Assembly: GCA_944390105.1 (NCBI GenBank)
Contig: CALXOV010000055.1
Span: forward strand, 2,930 to 66,929
Reading direction: 5' to 3'
Length of the DNA stretch: 64,000 nt
Origin: an uncultured Succinivibrionaceae bacterium
GTDB lineage: Bacteria > Pseudomonadota > Gammaproteobacteria > Enterobacterales > Succinivibrionaceae
Numbering within the stretch: position 1 is the first letter of the stretch; each line of letters begins with the position of its first letter. The notes below the pieces were generated by a model. It made no database searches. It was not told where the DNA came from and saw only the letters and a list, made by a program, of their open reading frames with translations. Positions 9,882 to 20,593 of the stretch are shown one piece after another. Position numbers and translations under genes: made by a program.

Positions 9882-11561
9882 TTAAGCAGCCGCTTTCTTA
9901 TTCTCGCGCAGCGCCACCGTGAGGTTAAACTCCAGCTTTCCTGCAGCAAACGCTTTGCTGTCCGCACAGAAGTAACCTTCGCGCTCAAACTGATACGCCT
10001 GTCCAGGTTTTGCATCAGCCAATGACTTTTCCAAAGCAGCATCCGCAAGTACGGTCTTCGACTCAGGATTGACCACCGCCATAAAGTCCTCTGCCGCTCC
10101 CGGATTAGGGTCGGTAAACAGCGGGGCATACAAATTCACTGTGGCGCGCAGGCAATCCTGTGCGTTAACAAAGTGAATCACACCCTTGGGCTTGTGGTTT
10201 TCTACATTCGCGCCAGCAGAATTCGGCACCGCCTCAGCATGCACCAATACGACATTGCCGTTTTCATCCTTGTCACAGGACACCGCTTTAATAATGTAAC
10301 TGTGGCGCAGACGAACCTCCGCGCCTAACTTCAGGCGCTTGTACTGCTTATTTGCCTCTTCACGAAAATCGGCAGCATCAATATAGATTTCCTTAGAGAT
10401 AGTAACAATACGACTGCCCATCTCCGGATGTTCCGGATGATTGGGCACGGTAAATTCAGTGGCGGTGACCCCTTCGCTGCCGAAATTATCAATGACCACC
10501 TTTAAAGGATGAAGCACCGCCATCGCACGCGGAGCATGCGCATTTAAATCTTCACGCAAGCAACTTTCCAGTGCACTCATCTCCACAGTATTTTCCTGCT
10601 TGGTCACACCGATGCGGCGGCAGAATTCACGAATAGATGCAGGGGTGTAGCCGCGCCGGCGCAGGCCAGAAATCGTGGTCAGGCGCGGATCGTCCCAGCC
10701 GTCCACAATGCCCTTTTCCACCAGCAGGTTGAGCTTACGCTTTGAGGTAAGAGAATACTCAAGATTCAAGCGGCTCATTTCATACTGATGCGGACGCGCT
10801 TCAATTGAAATATGATCAAGCACCCAATCGTAGAGGCGGCGGTTATCCTGGAACTCCAGCGTGCAGATGGAATGGGTAATGCCCTCAATGGCATCAGAAA
10901 TACAGTGAGTAAAATCATACATCGGATAGATGCACCATTTATCCCCAGTCAGCGCATGCTGCGCAAAGCGCACACGGTAAATGACCGGATCGCGCATACA
11001 GATAAACGGTGATGCCATATCGATCTTTGCCCGCAGGCAGGCCGTGCCTTCAGCAAATTCGCCGCGACGCATTTTTTCAAACAGTTCGCGATTTTCTTGC
11101 GGCGAACGATCGCGATACGGGCTGTTGCGTCCCGGCTCCTTTAAAGTGCCGCGATACTCGCGAATTTCATCGGGAGACAGCTCATCAACATAAGCTAGCC
11201 CCTTATCAATAAGCTCAAGTGCATAACCGTACAGGCGGTCAAAATAATCCGAGGAGTGACGAATAGGATCCTGCCAATTAAAGCCCAGCCAGCGTACGTC
11301 ACGCTCTATGGACTTAATGTATTCCATATCCTCTTTTACCGGATTGGTATCATCAAAACGCAGATTACAGGTACCGCCGTAATCGCGAGCCAAACCAAAA
11401 TTCAAGCAAATGGATTTAGCATGACCAATATGCAGATAGCCATTAGGTTCCGGCGGAAAGCGCGTCGCAACATGATCGGTACGACCGTTTTTTAAATCAT
11501 TATCAATAATATCGGTAATAAAGTTGCGCGGGATGCGTTCTTGTTCTTCAGCAGCAACCAT
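9882..11561 (-). CDS. glnS: glutamine--tRNA ligase
   Basis: Class I HIGH motif in [14 protein letters not shown] and a TSKRK (KMSKS-like) motif. The start at ATG 11559-11561 is preceded by GGAGGAG. The ORF-track start at 11579 is less likely. Confidence 0.92.
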   Translation of the reverse strand: MVAAEEQERIPRNFITDIIDNDLKNGRTDHVATRFPPEPNGYLHIGHAKSICLNFGLARDYGGTCNLRFDDTNPVKEDMEYIKSIERDVRWLGFNWQDPIRHSSDYFDRLYGYALELIDKGLAYVDELSPDEIREYRGTLKEPGRNSPYRDRSPQENRELFEKMRRGEFAEGTACLRAKIDMASPFICMRDPVIYRVRFAQHALTGDKWCIYPMYDFTHCISDAIEGITHSICTLEFQDNRRLYDWVLDHISIEARPHQYEMSRLNLEYSLTSKRKLNLLVEKGIVDGWDDPRLTTISGLRRRGYTPASIREFCRRIGVTKQENTVEMSALESCLREDLNAHAPRAMAVLHPLKVVIDNFGSEGVTATEFTVPNHPEHPEMGSRIVTISKEIYIDAADFREEANKQYKRLKLGAEVRLRHSYIIKAVSCDKDENGNVVLVHAEAVPNSAGANVENHKPKGVIHFVNAQDCLRATVNLYAPLFTDPNPGAAEDFMAVVNPESKTVLADAALEKSLADAKPGQAYQFEREGYFCADSKAFAAGKLEFNLTVALRENKKAAA

Positions 11562-11864
11562 CAGCTCTCCTCCAAGCATGCAAAAATCCGGGATCCCCGG
11601 CTGCGGCAGCCCCTAACTTACGGGGCGCTGCCAAAAAATTCGCTTATTTGTTGCCTGCGATTGTAGCAAAGCCCGCTGCCTAGCTCAAATTATTGCCCAA
11701 TACGACGCAGGATCGTCCCCGCGGTGCAGCTACTTTTACTTAGGAGCGTACTGCTTGGCAAAAGCGTCGGCAGCGCCATGATTTTTTACTGGAAAAGCGG
11801 GCGCAAAATGATTAATATAAGCGCAAATTTTAGGCAGCCCTAGATTTATATTGAGGTTTACCCC

Positions 11865-12215
11865 ATGAGCTTTGAGTCTGAAAAGCAATTTAACGATTTT
11901 CAGCATTTTGCCCGCGGCATCCGTCGCAGCGGTGAATTTTCCATCCGCGAGTCTAATCTGCTGGAAACCTGCGGCACAGCGATGATGGAACTTCACAACG
12001 GCACCCGTGAGCCTAAGGATGAACAGGAGAAAGTTTTCCTTGAACAGTTGCACGGCGACGGCGTGATCACCGATCCTTATGCAAAGGTCTTTAACAAGTA
12101 CTTAACGGTGATTCGTCCGCGGCACCTGCATCGTCTGTGCTCGGTAGGCGATGAAGAGATGGGCGGCGGCGAGTTTGGCAGCGGCACCGGCAACGAAGAC
12201 AGCTCCATTGATTAA
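11865..12215 (+). CDS. maoP: DUF413 protein, MaoP/YifE-like (macrodomain Ori protein)
   Basis: RGIRRSGEFSIRESNLLETCGTAMMELHNGTREPKDEQEKVFL parallels E. coli YifE [43 protein letters not shown] (from memory). Confidence 0.7.
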   Translation: MSFESEKQFNDFQHFARGIRRSGEFSIRESNLLETCGTAMMELHNGTREPKDEQEKVFLEQLHGDGVITDPYAKVFNKYLTVIRPRHLHRLCSVGDEEMGGGEFGSGTGNEDSSID

Positions 12216-12262
12216 GTCCCCATATTTACAGCGCGGGGGCTTTTACCCCCTGCGTTAACATC

Positions 12263-13231
12263 CTACTTTACCCATTCTTTTATATTTTCAATTACCCCAT
12301 TCTCCTCCCGCACAACCCTGCCACGCGCGCGAAAGTTGCCGTTATTAGTAAAGTGCGCTTCCCCTCCTACCCGAATAAGGCTGTCTGCTTCACCATACCA
12401 CGATCCTTTATTGACAAAGCTCGCACTATCGGTAAGCAGCAGCTGCCCCTGCTGCGTGGCGTTTTGCTCATTAATTAATGCTCCCCTACCGCCGACGTAC
12501 CACAGCGCAGTGGGCAAAAGCTCAAGGCGCCGCTGATTTAAACATACGCTGTCCCCTTGCTGCGCGACATTACCCGCAAACTGCAATTGACGTTGATTTA
12601 TAAACTGTGCCTGAGAGCTAAGTTCCATGGTGGCTTCAGCATCCTGCTGCAACGTCCCGACATTTTGTAGCTGACAGTCCCCGTGTAGCTGTAGAATGCT
12701 CATGCCCTGCAGATGCAAAATGCCACCATTGCGCAGTCCTCCTGCGCTGCAACGTAAAGCTGCAGCATAAAGCTGCAGGCGTCCAAAATTCTCCACCACC
12801 CCTTCGGTGTCTACCTGCGCCGCGCTCAGTTCACTTAATCCGCTGTTGGTGAATGCTGCACCAGCAGCAACCTCAAGTTTGCTATCTGCAGCAAGCTGTA
12901 GCGTGCCGTAATTGACCAGCTGAGCACCTTTTTGCAGTTCAAGTTTACCTTGCGCAAGCCTTAGCGTACCGCGTTGCAGCAGCTGCGCCTTATCCGTAAG
13001 AGTCAACCCATGCTCCACTGACAACTGCGTACCGCGACGCACAATCATCCGTCCCTTAAGTACCATTGCAGCAGGAAGTACCCCTCGCCCAGACAGTTCC
13101 ACACACGATCCTGCAGGTAGCAGCGACGGCAGCGCAGCTGGCAGCTGCACCCGCAGACAAGCTGCGTCTGCAGCTGCATACGGCAACAACGCCATACCAA
13201 GGACAAACTGTAGCGCGCGTAAAACTCGCAT
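12263..13231 (-). CDS. secreted repeat protein, probable parallel beta-helix
   Basis: Signal peptide MRVLRALQFVLGMALLPYAAADAA, followed by repeated G-x-L-x-L / N-x-G-x-L units along the whole length. Confidence 0.55.
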   Translation of the reverse strand: MRVLRALQFVLGMALLPYAAADAACLRVQLPAALPSLLPAGSCVELSGRGVLPAAMVLKGRMIVRRGTQLSVEHGLTLTDKAQLLQRGTLRLAQGKLELQKGAQLVNYGTLQLAADSKLEVAAGAAFTNSGLSELSAAQVDTEGVVENFGRLQLYAAALRCSAGGLRNGGILHLQGMSILQLHGDCQLQNVGTLQQDAEATMELSSQAQFINQRQLQFAGNVAQQGDSVCLNQRRLELLPTALWYVGGRGALINEQNATQQGQLLLTDSASFVNKGSWYGEADSLIRVGGEAHFTNNGNFRARGRVVREENGVIENIKEWVK

Positions 13232-13368
13232 TAACTTTATCTCCTGTAATTTTAGTATTAACTTAAGTCTAACACGCAGTACAAATTTGCGCCCTGTACA
13301 GCGTTTTTATGCCACTATCTTCGCTACAATAGCGCCATTCTTATTTTTTTATCTGCAGGAGAAAAGTT

Positions 13369-14346
13369 ATGTCAGCCTTATGCGGACAGGCCTTAGTCGG
13401 CGATATCGGTGGTACCAACGCTCGTCTGGCACTGTGTAATTTAGAAGACGGCACCTTAAGCACTCCCATCATTTATTCAGCTTTAGAAAACGACTCGCTT
13501 GAAAGCTGTATTTTAAAGTTTCGCCAAGAAACCCACAGCGACTTTACAGCAGCCTGCATTGCCATTGCCTGCCCCATCACAGGTGATTACGTCAAAATGA
13601 CGAATAATCCGTGGGAATTCTCGCAGCAGCAACTTAAAAATGCCGTAGGCCTTGATCAACTCATCGTCATTAATGATTTCACCGCCATGTCCATGTCGGT
13701 CCCCTGCCTTGATAAAAAGAATTTAGTGAAAATCGGCGGCGGTGAGCCAGATCCACAAGCTCCAATTGCGGTTTACGGCGCCGGCACAGGGCTGGGTGTA
13801 GCGCACTTAGTGCATATCGGCAATCAATGGGTCTCGCTACCAGGCGAAGGCGGTCACGTCGATTTAGCACCAGCCAATATGGCAGAAGATCTAATTTTAA
13901 TTGCCATGCGTGCGCGCATCGGCCATGTATCTGCCGAACGCGTGCTCTCTGGCCCGGGCCTTGTCAATCTCTATGAGGCCATCGCCATGCGCAATGAAAG
14001 ACTGCGCCCCGACATGACTCCGGCCGATGTTACCTCGCAGGCTTTAGCCTCGCCCCCGGAGCCGGATTGCCTTGAAGCCCTTGAGACCTTCTGCCGCTTA
14101 ATGGGCCGCTTTGGCGGCAACTTAGCGCTGACCATGGGGACTTTCGGCGGCGTTTATATTGCAGGCGGTGTGGTACCACGCTTTATCGATTTCTTCAAGC
14201 AGTCCAAGTTCCGCGATGCCTTTGAAGATAAAGGCCGCTTTAAGAGCTATATGCAGCGCATTCCGACCTATGTCATTACCGACACTAAGGCCGGGCTGCG
14301 CGGTGCCGGAGCTACGTTGCGTCAGGCCTTAGGCGCCATCCTCTAA
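13369..14346 (+). CDS. glk: glucokinase
   Basis: 325 aa. N-terminal LVGDIGGTNARLALC phosphate-1 motif, and GGVYIAGGVVPRF near the C-terminus. Confidence 0.9.
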   Translation: MSALCGQALVGDIGGTNARLALCNLEDGTLSTPIIYSALENDSLESCILKFRQETHSDFTAACIAIACPITGDYVKMTNNPWEFSQQQLKNAVGLDQLIVINDFTAMSMSVPCLDKKNLVKIGGGEPDPQAPIAVYGAGTGLGVAHLVHIGNQWVSLPGEGGHVDLAPANMAEDLILIAMRARIGHVSAERVLSGPGLVNLYEAIAMRNERLRPDMTPADVTSQALASPPEPDCLEALETFCRLMGRFGGNLALTMGTFGGVYIAGGVVPRFIDFFKQSKFRDAFEDKGRFKSYMQRIPTYVITDTKAGLRGAGATLRQALGAIL

Positions 14347-14406
14347 ATAATGAATTATAAGCGCAGGCTTGTTGTTCACACCCTGCTCTTAAGTTGACCT
14401 TACTTA

Positions 14407-14437
14407 GGCGGCAGTACTGACTGCCGCCATTATTTTT
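14407..14437 (+). terminator. rho-independent terminator after glk
   Basis: 9-bp stem GGCGGCAGT / ACTGCCGCC with loop ACTG, then ATTATTTTT. Confidence 0.6.
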
Positions 14438-14553
14438 ACCATCGGCTAAAGTCAAGCTAACGGCTAGCCGATAAAATATAAAGACGAGTCCGTCCAGACA
14501 CGGCAGATTAAGCTGTTTTATGTTTCATTCTATAAAAAGGAAAGGTTTGGTAC

Positions 14554-15330
14554 ATGCTTGATGCAGTTAATACTCATGCTTATACAGCAGTACAGCTGCC
14601 ACAGCAGACCAGGGCCGCAGCTCCCAATCCGCCTACCGTCGCAATACCGGCTGTAAATGGCGCAAACGAGCAGTCACAAGCGGGTATGGCGCAGCATGAC
14701 GCTCAGCATGACCCCACTTTAGCTGCTTTTGCCCATCAGCATCATCAGGCCCTGCAGGGCTATTTGAATTTAAACCGTGCCGAGCGCGCAGAACACTCCG
14801 TTGGCACATCCTCATCTATAACAGACAATGAAGATACTGTCGCGACTTCGACTACAGATAAACGCGATGACGCATTAAATCCGCAGGCACGCGTAGATAA
14901 GACCGCTTCCGAGACAAAAGATAGTGATGAAGATACGGAGGATAATGATACCGGCAGTGATGGGCAGCCGCTGTCTGACGAAGAACAACAGAAACTTGAT
15001 GCCATGCAGGAACGACATGATGAGGTAAAAGTGCATGAGCAAGCCCACAAAAGTGCCGGTGGAAGCTTAGCTGCTGCCCCGTCCTACAGCTATGAAACCG
15101 GACCTGACGGCAAACGCTATATTACAGATGGTGAAGTGCAGATTGATACCTCTAAGGAAAAAGATCCGCAGTCCACCATCGAAAAGATGCAACAGGTGCG
15201 CCGTGCCGCACTTGCTCCTGCCGAACCTTCATCGCAGGATAGAAAAGTAGCCGCCGAGGCGCAGCGTCTTGAAGCCGAGGCCCGCGCTGAACTCAATCAG
15301 CAGAATACAAAGTCATCTCCAGCCGAATGA
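14554..15330 (+). CDS. putative metalloprotease, SprA-related family, with acidic low-complexity N-terminal half
   Basis: HExxH motif in [13 protein letters not shown], followed by [23 protein letters not shown] and [15 protein letters not shown]. This matches my memory of the SprA-related family (PF12118). Confidence 0.5.
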   Translation: MLDAVNTHAYTAVQLPQQTRAAAPNPPTVAIPAVNGANEQSQAGMAQHDAQHDPTLAAFAHQHHQALQGYLNLNRAERAEHSVGTSSSITDNEDTVATSTTDKRDDALNPQARVDKTASETKDSDEDTEDNDTGSDGQPLSDEEQQKLDAMQERHDEVKVHEQAHKSAGGSLAAAPSYSYETGPDGKRYITDGEVQIDTSKEKDPQSTIEKMQQVRRAALAPAEPSSQDRKVAAEAQRLEAEARAELNQQNTKSSPAE

Positions 15331-15673
15331 ACTGCCTACGCACTTAGGTGCGAGGTTTCATGAGATTGATGCCGCACTTTTATTACGCCCTCACTTCTTT
15401 GCGCTTGAGGCATGTCCACAAAGCCCCATCAGGTAGGAGCAAAAAGCTCGTTCCTGAATTCTTAGGTGTAATGTACATAATCAAAAAGAGCTGTGCCAGC
15501 CGCCTACATTCCCTTGCTCATGTAAGATAAATTACGCGGCATAAGTTAAATTTGCACCATTTTGCTTCATTATGACGTCCAAAAGGGCGCAATTCCCACC
15601 CTATGCTATAATGCGCGCGGCATGTGGCTTGCCTAAATGCCCCATTTCAATGCAACGCACCAAAGGATAGGTT

Positions 15674-17251
15674 ATGGAACCGTACTATGCCGGCGCACTT
15701 TCCGTGCTGCCGCCCGTCATTGCAGTAGTATTAGCTTTAGTTACCAAAGAAGTATTTTCTTCCTTAATTATCGGTATCTTAACTGGTACCTGTATTTATT
15801 CTTTCGGCATGGCAGAGCCGATGCCAATCATTAAGGCCGTAGAGCACACTTTCACCTTGATGGTAGATAAGGTCGATTTCAGTATTGTGATATTCTGCTC
15901 GCTGCTAGGCTCTTTGGTCTACGTCATTGCTATGGCCGGAGGCTCGCGCGCTTACGGCAAGTGGGCGGCAACTAAGATTAAGGGTCGCAAGAGCGCACTG
16001 CTTGCCACCTCGGGGCTTGGCATCCTCATCTTCATTGATGACTACTTCAATTGCCTAACCGTCGGTACAGTAATGCGTCCGATCACTGATGCCTATAAGA
16101 TCTCGCGTGCAAAGCTTGCCTACATCATTGACTCAACGGCAGCTCCTATCTGCATCATCGCTCCGATTTCTTCGTGGGCGGCCGCCGTCGGATCCAATAT
16201 TAAAGCCACCGGTGCAATGGAAAACGAAATGGATGCGTTCATTGCCACTATTCCGTGGAACTTCTACGCACTGTTATCGCTCATCATGGTACTGATGATT
16301 GCTATCGGCAACTTTGATTTTGGTCCGATGCGCAAAGCCGATATTGCCGCAATCCGCGGAGAGGAAAATCAAGAAGCGGTCACTGGCTCAAATGAAGAGC
16401 TATCTGTGCACGCCAACGGCGGTGTACTTGATATGGTGATTCCTATTGTCTCCCTCATCATTTTCTCCACATGCGCGTTACTTTACTGCGGCGGCTACTG
16501 GGGGGAAGATCCAGCTTATCATTCCATCAGTGCCGCTTTTGGCAATACCTCCGCAGGTCCTGCCTTGGTACTCGGCTCCTTTGCGGCCTTAGTTGTTGCG
16601 CTGATTCAATTTGTAGGCCGTCGCCTGCTGGACCTTAAGACCTTCATGCAAGGTGTACTGCGCGGTGTACAAGCTATGATCCCGGCTAACATGATCTTAG
16701 TACTCGCATGGACTATTTCTGGCGTGTGCCGCGATTTACTGCAAACTCCGCTATTTATTTCTACTTTAGTGCAAGATGATGGCGGACTTGTCGGCAATAT
16801 GCTTCCAGCTGCGATGTTCCTGATTGCCTGCTTCTTAAGCTTCTCTACTGGTACAGCGTGGGGCACATTCGGTATTCTGATCCCGATTGTCGTCTCAGTC
16901 GCCCAAGCAATTGACCCGTCTGGCTCACTTATCATCATCGCGCTTTCGGCCACTTTGGCAGGATCTGTCTTTGGTGATCACTGCTCACCAATATCCGATA
17001 CCACGATTCTATCAAGTGCCGGTTCAGGCTGCTTGCATATTGAGCACGTCTCCACGCAGCTGCCCTATGCCTGCTTAATTGCCTCATCCGCTTTAGTGGG
17101 CTACGTGATAGCCGGATTCAGCCACAGCTTATTCTTAAGCTTAGGTGGTGCGGTCATCGTGCTGGTCTGCGCGCTGTGCTTCCTGCATGTGCGCAATTCC
17201 AAGCGTGAGAGCCTGGACGATCACTTAAAGGCTGTACAAAACAATGCCTAA
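15674..17251 (+). CDS. Na+/H+ antiporter, NhaC family
   Basis: 525-aa polytopic membrane ORF. N-terminus ALSVLPPVIAVVLALVTKEV and FIDDYFNCLTVG are typical of the NhaC family. Confidence 0.8.
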   Translation: MEPYYAGALSVLPPVIAVVLALVTKEVFSSLIIGILTGTCIYSFGMAEPMPIIKAVEHTFTLMVDKVDFSIVIFCSLLGSLVYVIAMAGGSRAYGKWAATKIKGRKSALLATSGLGILIFIDDYFNCLTVGTVMRPITDAYKISRAKLAYIIDSTAAPICIIAPISSWAAAVGSNIKATGAMENEMDAFIATIPWNFYALLSLIMVLMIAIGNFDFGPMRKADIAAIRGEENQEAVTGSNEELSVHANGGVLDMVIPIVSLIIFSTCALLYCGGYWGEDPAYHSISAAFGNTSAGPALVLGSFAALVVALIQFVGRRLLDLKTFMQGVLRGVQAMIPANMILVLAWTISGVCRDLLQTPLFISTLVQDDGGLVGNMLPAAMFLIACFLSFSTGTAWGTFGILIPIVVSVAQAIDPSGSLIIIALSATLAGSVFGDHCSPISDTTILSSAGSGCLHIEHVSTQLPYACLIASSALVGYVIAGFSHSLFLSLGGAVIVLVCALCFLHVRNSKRESLDDHLKAVQNNA

Positions 17252-17285
17252 AGCGCTAGGTTTCTAGGTTTATTTTAGTTTGCAG

Positions 17286-17318
17286 CTTAAGGCGGCTTAC
17301 AGGCCGCCTTAAGCTTTT
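17286..17318 (+). terminator. rho-independent terminator after the nhaC-family gene
   Basis: 11-bp stem CTTAAGGCGGC / GCCGCCTTAAG with a 6-nt loop, then CTTTT. Confidence 0.6.
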
Positions 17319-17431
17319 GCGGCCAAACCAAAGTTGCGCCTGTCTGCTACTAAAGTAGGCCTTTATCTGCACCTGAACTGGAACTGCTAATTCCTAACAC
17401 TAGGAAATTGTTTCTAATTTAAACTTAATTA

Positions 17432-18370
17432 TTGCGCAACCGCGAGAAATTAACCTTGTTTGAACTACGTCAGTACCTGCTGCTTTTTACTACCGCTACT
17501 ATTTGGGGGTCGGGATTTATTGGGCAGAGCATCGGCATGGATCATGTTTCGCCCTTTACCTTTACCTTCTTTCGCACCTTAATCGGCGCCTTAGTGCTAT
17601 TACCAGTGATTTATCTGTTAAAGAGAAAAGCGCAACGCCGCCACAAAATACAAAAAGCCAATAATCGACGCGCCTTATGCATCGGTTCAATAGTCTGCGG
17701 AGTCTGTCTTATCAGCGCTGAGAGCTTTCAACAGTTTGGCCTTGTCTACACCGAAGCCTCAAAGGCCGGCTTCATCACCTCAATGTATATCATCTTTGTG
17801 CCATTTTTATCGTGGGTTTTCGGTAAACGGCCCAATCTGCTGGTACTCATCGCCACCTTGCTGTCAGCGCTTGGACTGTATCTTTTGTGCATTGAAGATC
17901 CATCTCGTCTCCATTTAGAGCAAGGAGATATTCTGATCCTTATTTGCGCTGTGATTTTTGCGGTGCATATCCTAGCCATTGCGCATTTTGTCGAGCAAGT
18001 AGATGGCGTCGCTCTGTCCTGCGGCCAGTTCTTCGTCGCCTCTTTTTTAGGACTTATTACCATGCTACTGTTCGACACGCATTTATCGCTGGCCAATATT
18101 CTAGCCGCCGCCCCTGCCATGCTGTGGTGTGGCATCATGTCCAACGGAGTAGCCTATACCTTGCAAATTATCGGACAGCGCGGCATCAATCCGACTATCG
18201 CTACCATTATTCTGTCGCTTGAATCAGTGATGGCGGTGTTCTTTGGCAATCTGATCTTAGATGAGACCTTGCACGCTAAACAGTATGTCGGCTGTGCCGT
18301 AATGCTGGTAGCAGTGATTATTGCCCAGCTCAACCCGCGACTTTTCTCCAAGTTGCTCCTGCGCCGCTGA
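17432..18370 (+). CDS. EamA/DMT-family transporter
   Basis: About 10 TM segments in two EamA-like halves. There is no in-frame ATG near the 5' end, so a TTG start is assumed (17432, or possibly the TTG at 17455). Confidence 0.75.
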   Translation: MRNREKLTLFELRQYLLLFTTATIWGSGFIGQSIGMDHVSPFTFTFFRTLIGALVLLPVIYLLKRKAQRRHKIQKANNRRALCIGSIVCGVCLISAESFQQFGLVYTEASKAGFITSMYIIFVPFLSWVFGKRPNLLVLIATLLSALGLYLLCIEDPSRLHLEQGDILILICAVIFAVHILAIAHFVEQVDGVALSCGQFFVASFLGLITMLLFDTHLSLANILAAAPAMLWCGIMSNGVAYTLQIIGQRGINPTIATIILSLESVMAVFFGNLILDETLHAKQYVGCAVMLVAVIIAQLNPRLFSKLLLRR

Positions 18371-18487
18371 AAAAACCGGGCGCGACTAGATCTGCTAAAA
18401 TAGCGCCCATATTTATATTATTAACCATTGCGCCGGCAGGCGCATTTTCGCGCAGTATATAGACTGCATATTTAGGATTTTAAAGCC

Positions 18488-20518
18488 ATGAGCAAACGTT
18501 CGATGCTAGTTACCTCCGCGCTGCCCTATGCCAATGGGCCAATCCATTTAGGCCACATGCTAGAGCATATTCAGTCTGATATTTTTGTGCGCTTTGAACG
18601 CGCCATAGGTAATGAGGTCTACTATGTCTGCGCCGATGACTGCCATGGTACTCCGGTGATGATTAAAGCTCAAAGCCAGGGCAAAACCCCAGAGCAGTTG
18701 ATTGAAGAGGTCGGCATCAGCCACCGTGCCGACATGCAGGGCTTTTTAATCAATTACGATAATTACTACCGCACCCACTCGCCGGAAAATCAAAAATTTT
18801 CACAGGAGATTTACTTAAAGCTGCGTGAGCGTGGCTATATCTTCACTAAGACCATTTCACAGCTATACGATCCGGTTAAAAACATGTTTCTACCCGATCG
18901 CTTTGTGAAGGGGACCTGCCCGCGCTGTGGTGCTAAAGATCAATACGGCGACAACTGCGAAGTGTGCTCAGCTACCTATAATCCGACTGATTTAAAAGAT
19001 GCGTATTCCACCGTCTCTGGTGCTAAACCTGTCTTAAAGGAAAGTGAGCACTATTTCTTTGATCTGCCCAAATTTGCCGACTTCCTGCACGGCTACGTCA
19101 AAACTGTGCTGCCGCCTGAAATGGCCAATAAACTTGAGGAGTGGTTTGCCCAAGGCTTAAAGCCGTGGGATTTATCGCGCGATGCGCCTTATTTTGGCTT
19201 CCCGATTCCTGACGCCCCCAATAAGTTCTTCTACGTGTGGCTGGATGCCCCGATTGGCTACATGGCATCATTTAAGAACTTCTGCGACAAGCAGGGCATT
19301 GATTTTGATGTCTTCTGGAAGCAAGACTCAGACAAAGAGCTCTATCACTTTATCGGTAAGGATATCCTCTACTTCCACTCTCTGTTCTGGCCAGCTACCT
19401 TAAAGGGTTCCGATCACCGTCTGCCAAGTAAAATTTTCGTGCACGGCTACGTGACGGTCAACGGCGCTAAGATGTCCAAATCCAAAGGCACATTTATTAA
19501 GGCGGCTACCTACTTAAAGCATCTGCAGCCTGAATGCCTGCGCTATTACTTTGCCTCTAAGCTCACTGCGCAGGCTGTGGACTTGGATCTGTCCTTAGAT
19601 GACTTTGTAGCCAAGGTAAATTCTGATATTGTCGGCAAGGTGGTAAATCTAGCCTCGCGCAGCGCCGGCTTTATCGTCAAGCGCTTTGACGGTATGCTTG
19701 GCTCGACTATTTGCGATGAAGACTTAGCATGCAAATTCACCGAGGCCGCACCGCTGATCACCGCTGCCTATGAAGAGCGCAATTATGCCGAAGCGGTGCG
19801 TCTGACCATGACTTTAGCCGATGAGGCCAATCGCTTTGTAGACAGCCATGCTCCGTGGGTCTTGGCCAAAGATGAAGCCAATAATGATCTGTTGCAGGCA
19901 GTGTGCACGCAAGCCATTAACTGCTTTAAAGCCCTAATTACCTTCTTATCGCCTATTCTGCCGCAGGTATATGCCGCAAGTCAGGAATTTTTAAACGATA
20001 AACTTGATTTCAACTCAGCTGCGCAGGCGCTACTAAATCATCAGATCAATAAGTTCAAGCCGCTGTTTGCCCGCATTGACCCCAAGGATGTCGCAGCCAT
20101 GGTGGAGGAAAGCAAGCAAGACTTAAAGGAAGCGCAAAGCGCCAAACCTCAAAAGGAAGCTACCCCGAGCTCTGAGTACGTGCCTCTGGCTCCTGAGATC
20201 ACCATCGATGATTTTATAAAGCTTGACCTGCGCGTTGCGCAAATCATTGCAGCCGAGCAAGTGCCAGAGGCCCGCAAATTGCTGCGCCTGCAGCTGGACC
20301 TTGGCTTTGAACAACGTCAGGTATTTGCCGGCATCAAGAGCGTGTACAAGCCTGAAGAGCTGATTGGCCGCAAGGTCATCGTGGCAGCGAACTTAAAGCC
20401 GCGCCAAATGAAATTCGGCCTGTCGCAGGGCATGGTCCTAGCCGCCGGTGAAGGCGGACAGGATATCTTCCTGCTCTCAGTTGATAACAAAGCTCCGTTG
20501 GGCAGCAAAGTGCATTAA
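18488..20518 (+). CDS. metG: methionine--tRNA ligase with C-terminal tRNA-binding (EMAP/Trbp111-like) domain
   Basis: 676 aa. HIGH motif (PYANGPIHLGHMLE), zinc knuckle CPRCG...CEVC, and KMSKS. Confidence 0.95.
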   Translation: MSKRSMLVTSALPYANGPIHLGHMLEHIQSDIFVRFERAIGNEVYYVCADDCHGTPVMIKAQSQGKTPEQLIEEVGISHRADMQGFLINYDNYYRTHSPENQKFSQEIYLKLRERGYIFTKTISQLYDPVKNMFLPDRFVKGTCPRCGAKDQYGDNCEVCSATYNPTDLKDAYSTVSGAKPVLKESEHYFFDLPKFADFLHGYVKTVLPPEMANKLEEWFAQGLKPWDLSRDAPYFGFPIPDAPNKFFYVWLDAPIGYMASFKNFCDKQGIDFDVFWKQDSDKELYHFIGKDILYFHSLFWPATLKGSDHRLPSKIFVHGYVTVNGAKMSKSKGTFIKAATYLKHLQPECLRYYFASKLTAQAVDLDLSLDDFVAKVNSDIVGKVVNLASRSAGFIVKRFDGMLGSTICDEDLACKFTEAAPLITAAYEERNYAEAVRLTMTLADEANRFVDSHAPWVLAKDEANNDLLQAVCTQAINCFKALITFLSPILPQVYAASQEFLNDKLDFNSAAQALLNHQINKFKPLFARIDPKDVAAMVEESKQDLKEAQSAKPQKEATPSSEYVPLAPEITIDDFIKLDLRVAQIIAAEQVPEARKLLRLQLDLGFEQRQVFAGIKSVYKPEELIGRKVIVAANLKPRQMKFGLSQGMVLAAGEGGQDIFLLSVDNKAPLGSKVH

Positions 20519-20593
20519 GCACCCAAACAGTGGCGGCCATCGCCGCCGCTGTTTTCCACCTACTCTGTCGCTTGACAACAGCATCAATCCATC

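Noticed and set aside
11585-11640. GC-rich hairpins (CCGGG-ATC-CCCGG and GGCAGCCCC...GGGGCGCTGCC) followed by AAAAAA, considered as a terminator.
   Set aside because: The A/T run is on the wrong side of the hairpin for either strand, and the site lies upstream of glnS rather than downstream of a gene. It may be a 5' UTR structure, but I cannot support a call.
11736-12053. 105-aa minus-strand ORF overlapping the maoP/yifE-like gene.
   Set aside because: The plus-strand gene has a recognisable conserved family sequence, and the antisense ORF has none.
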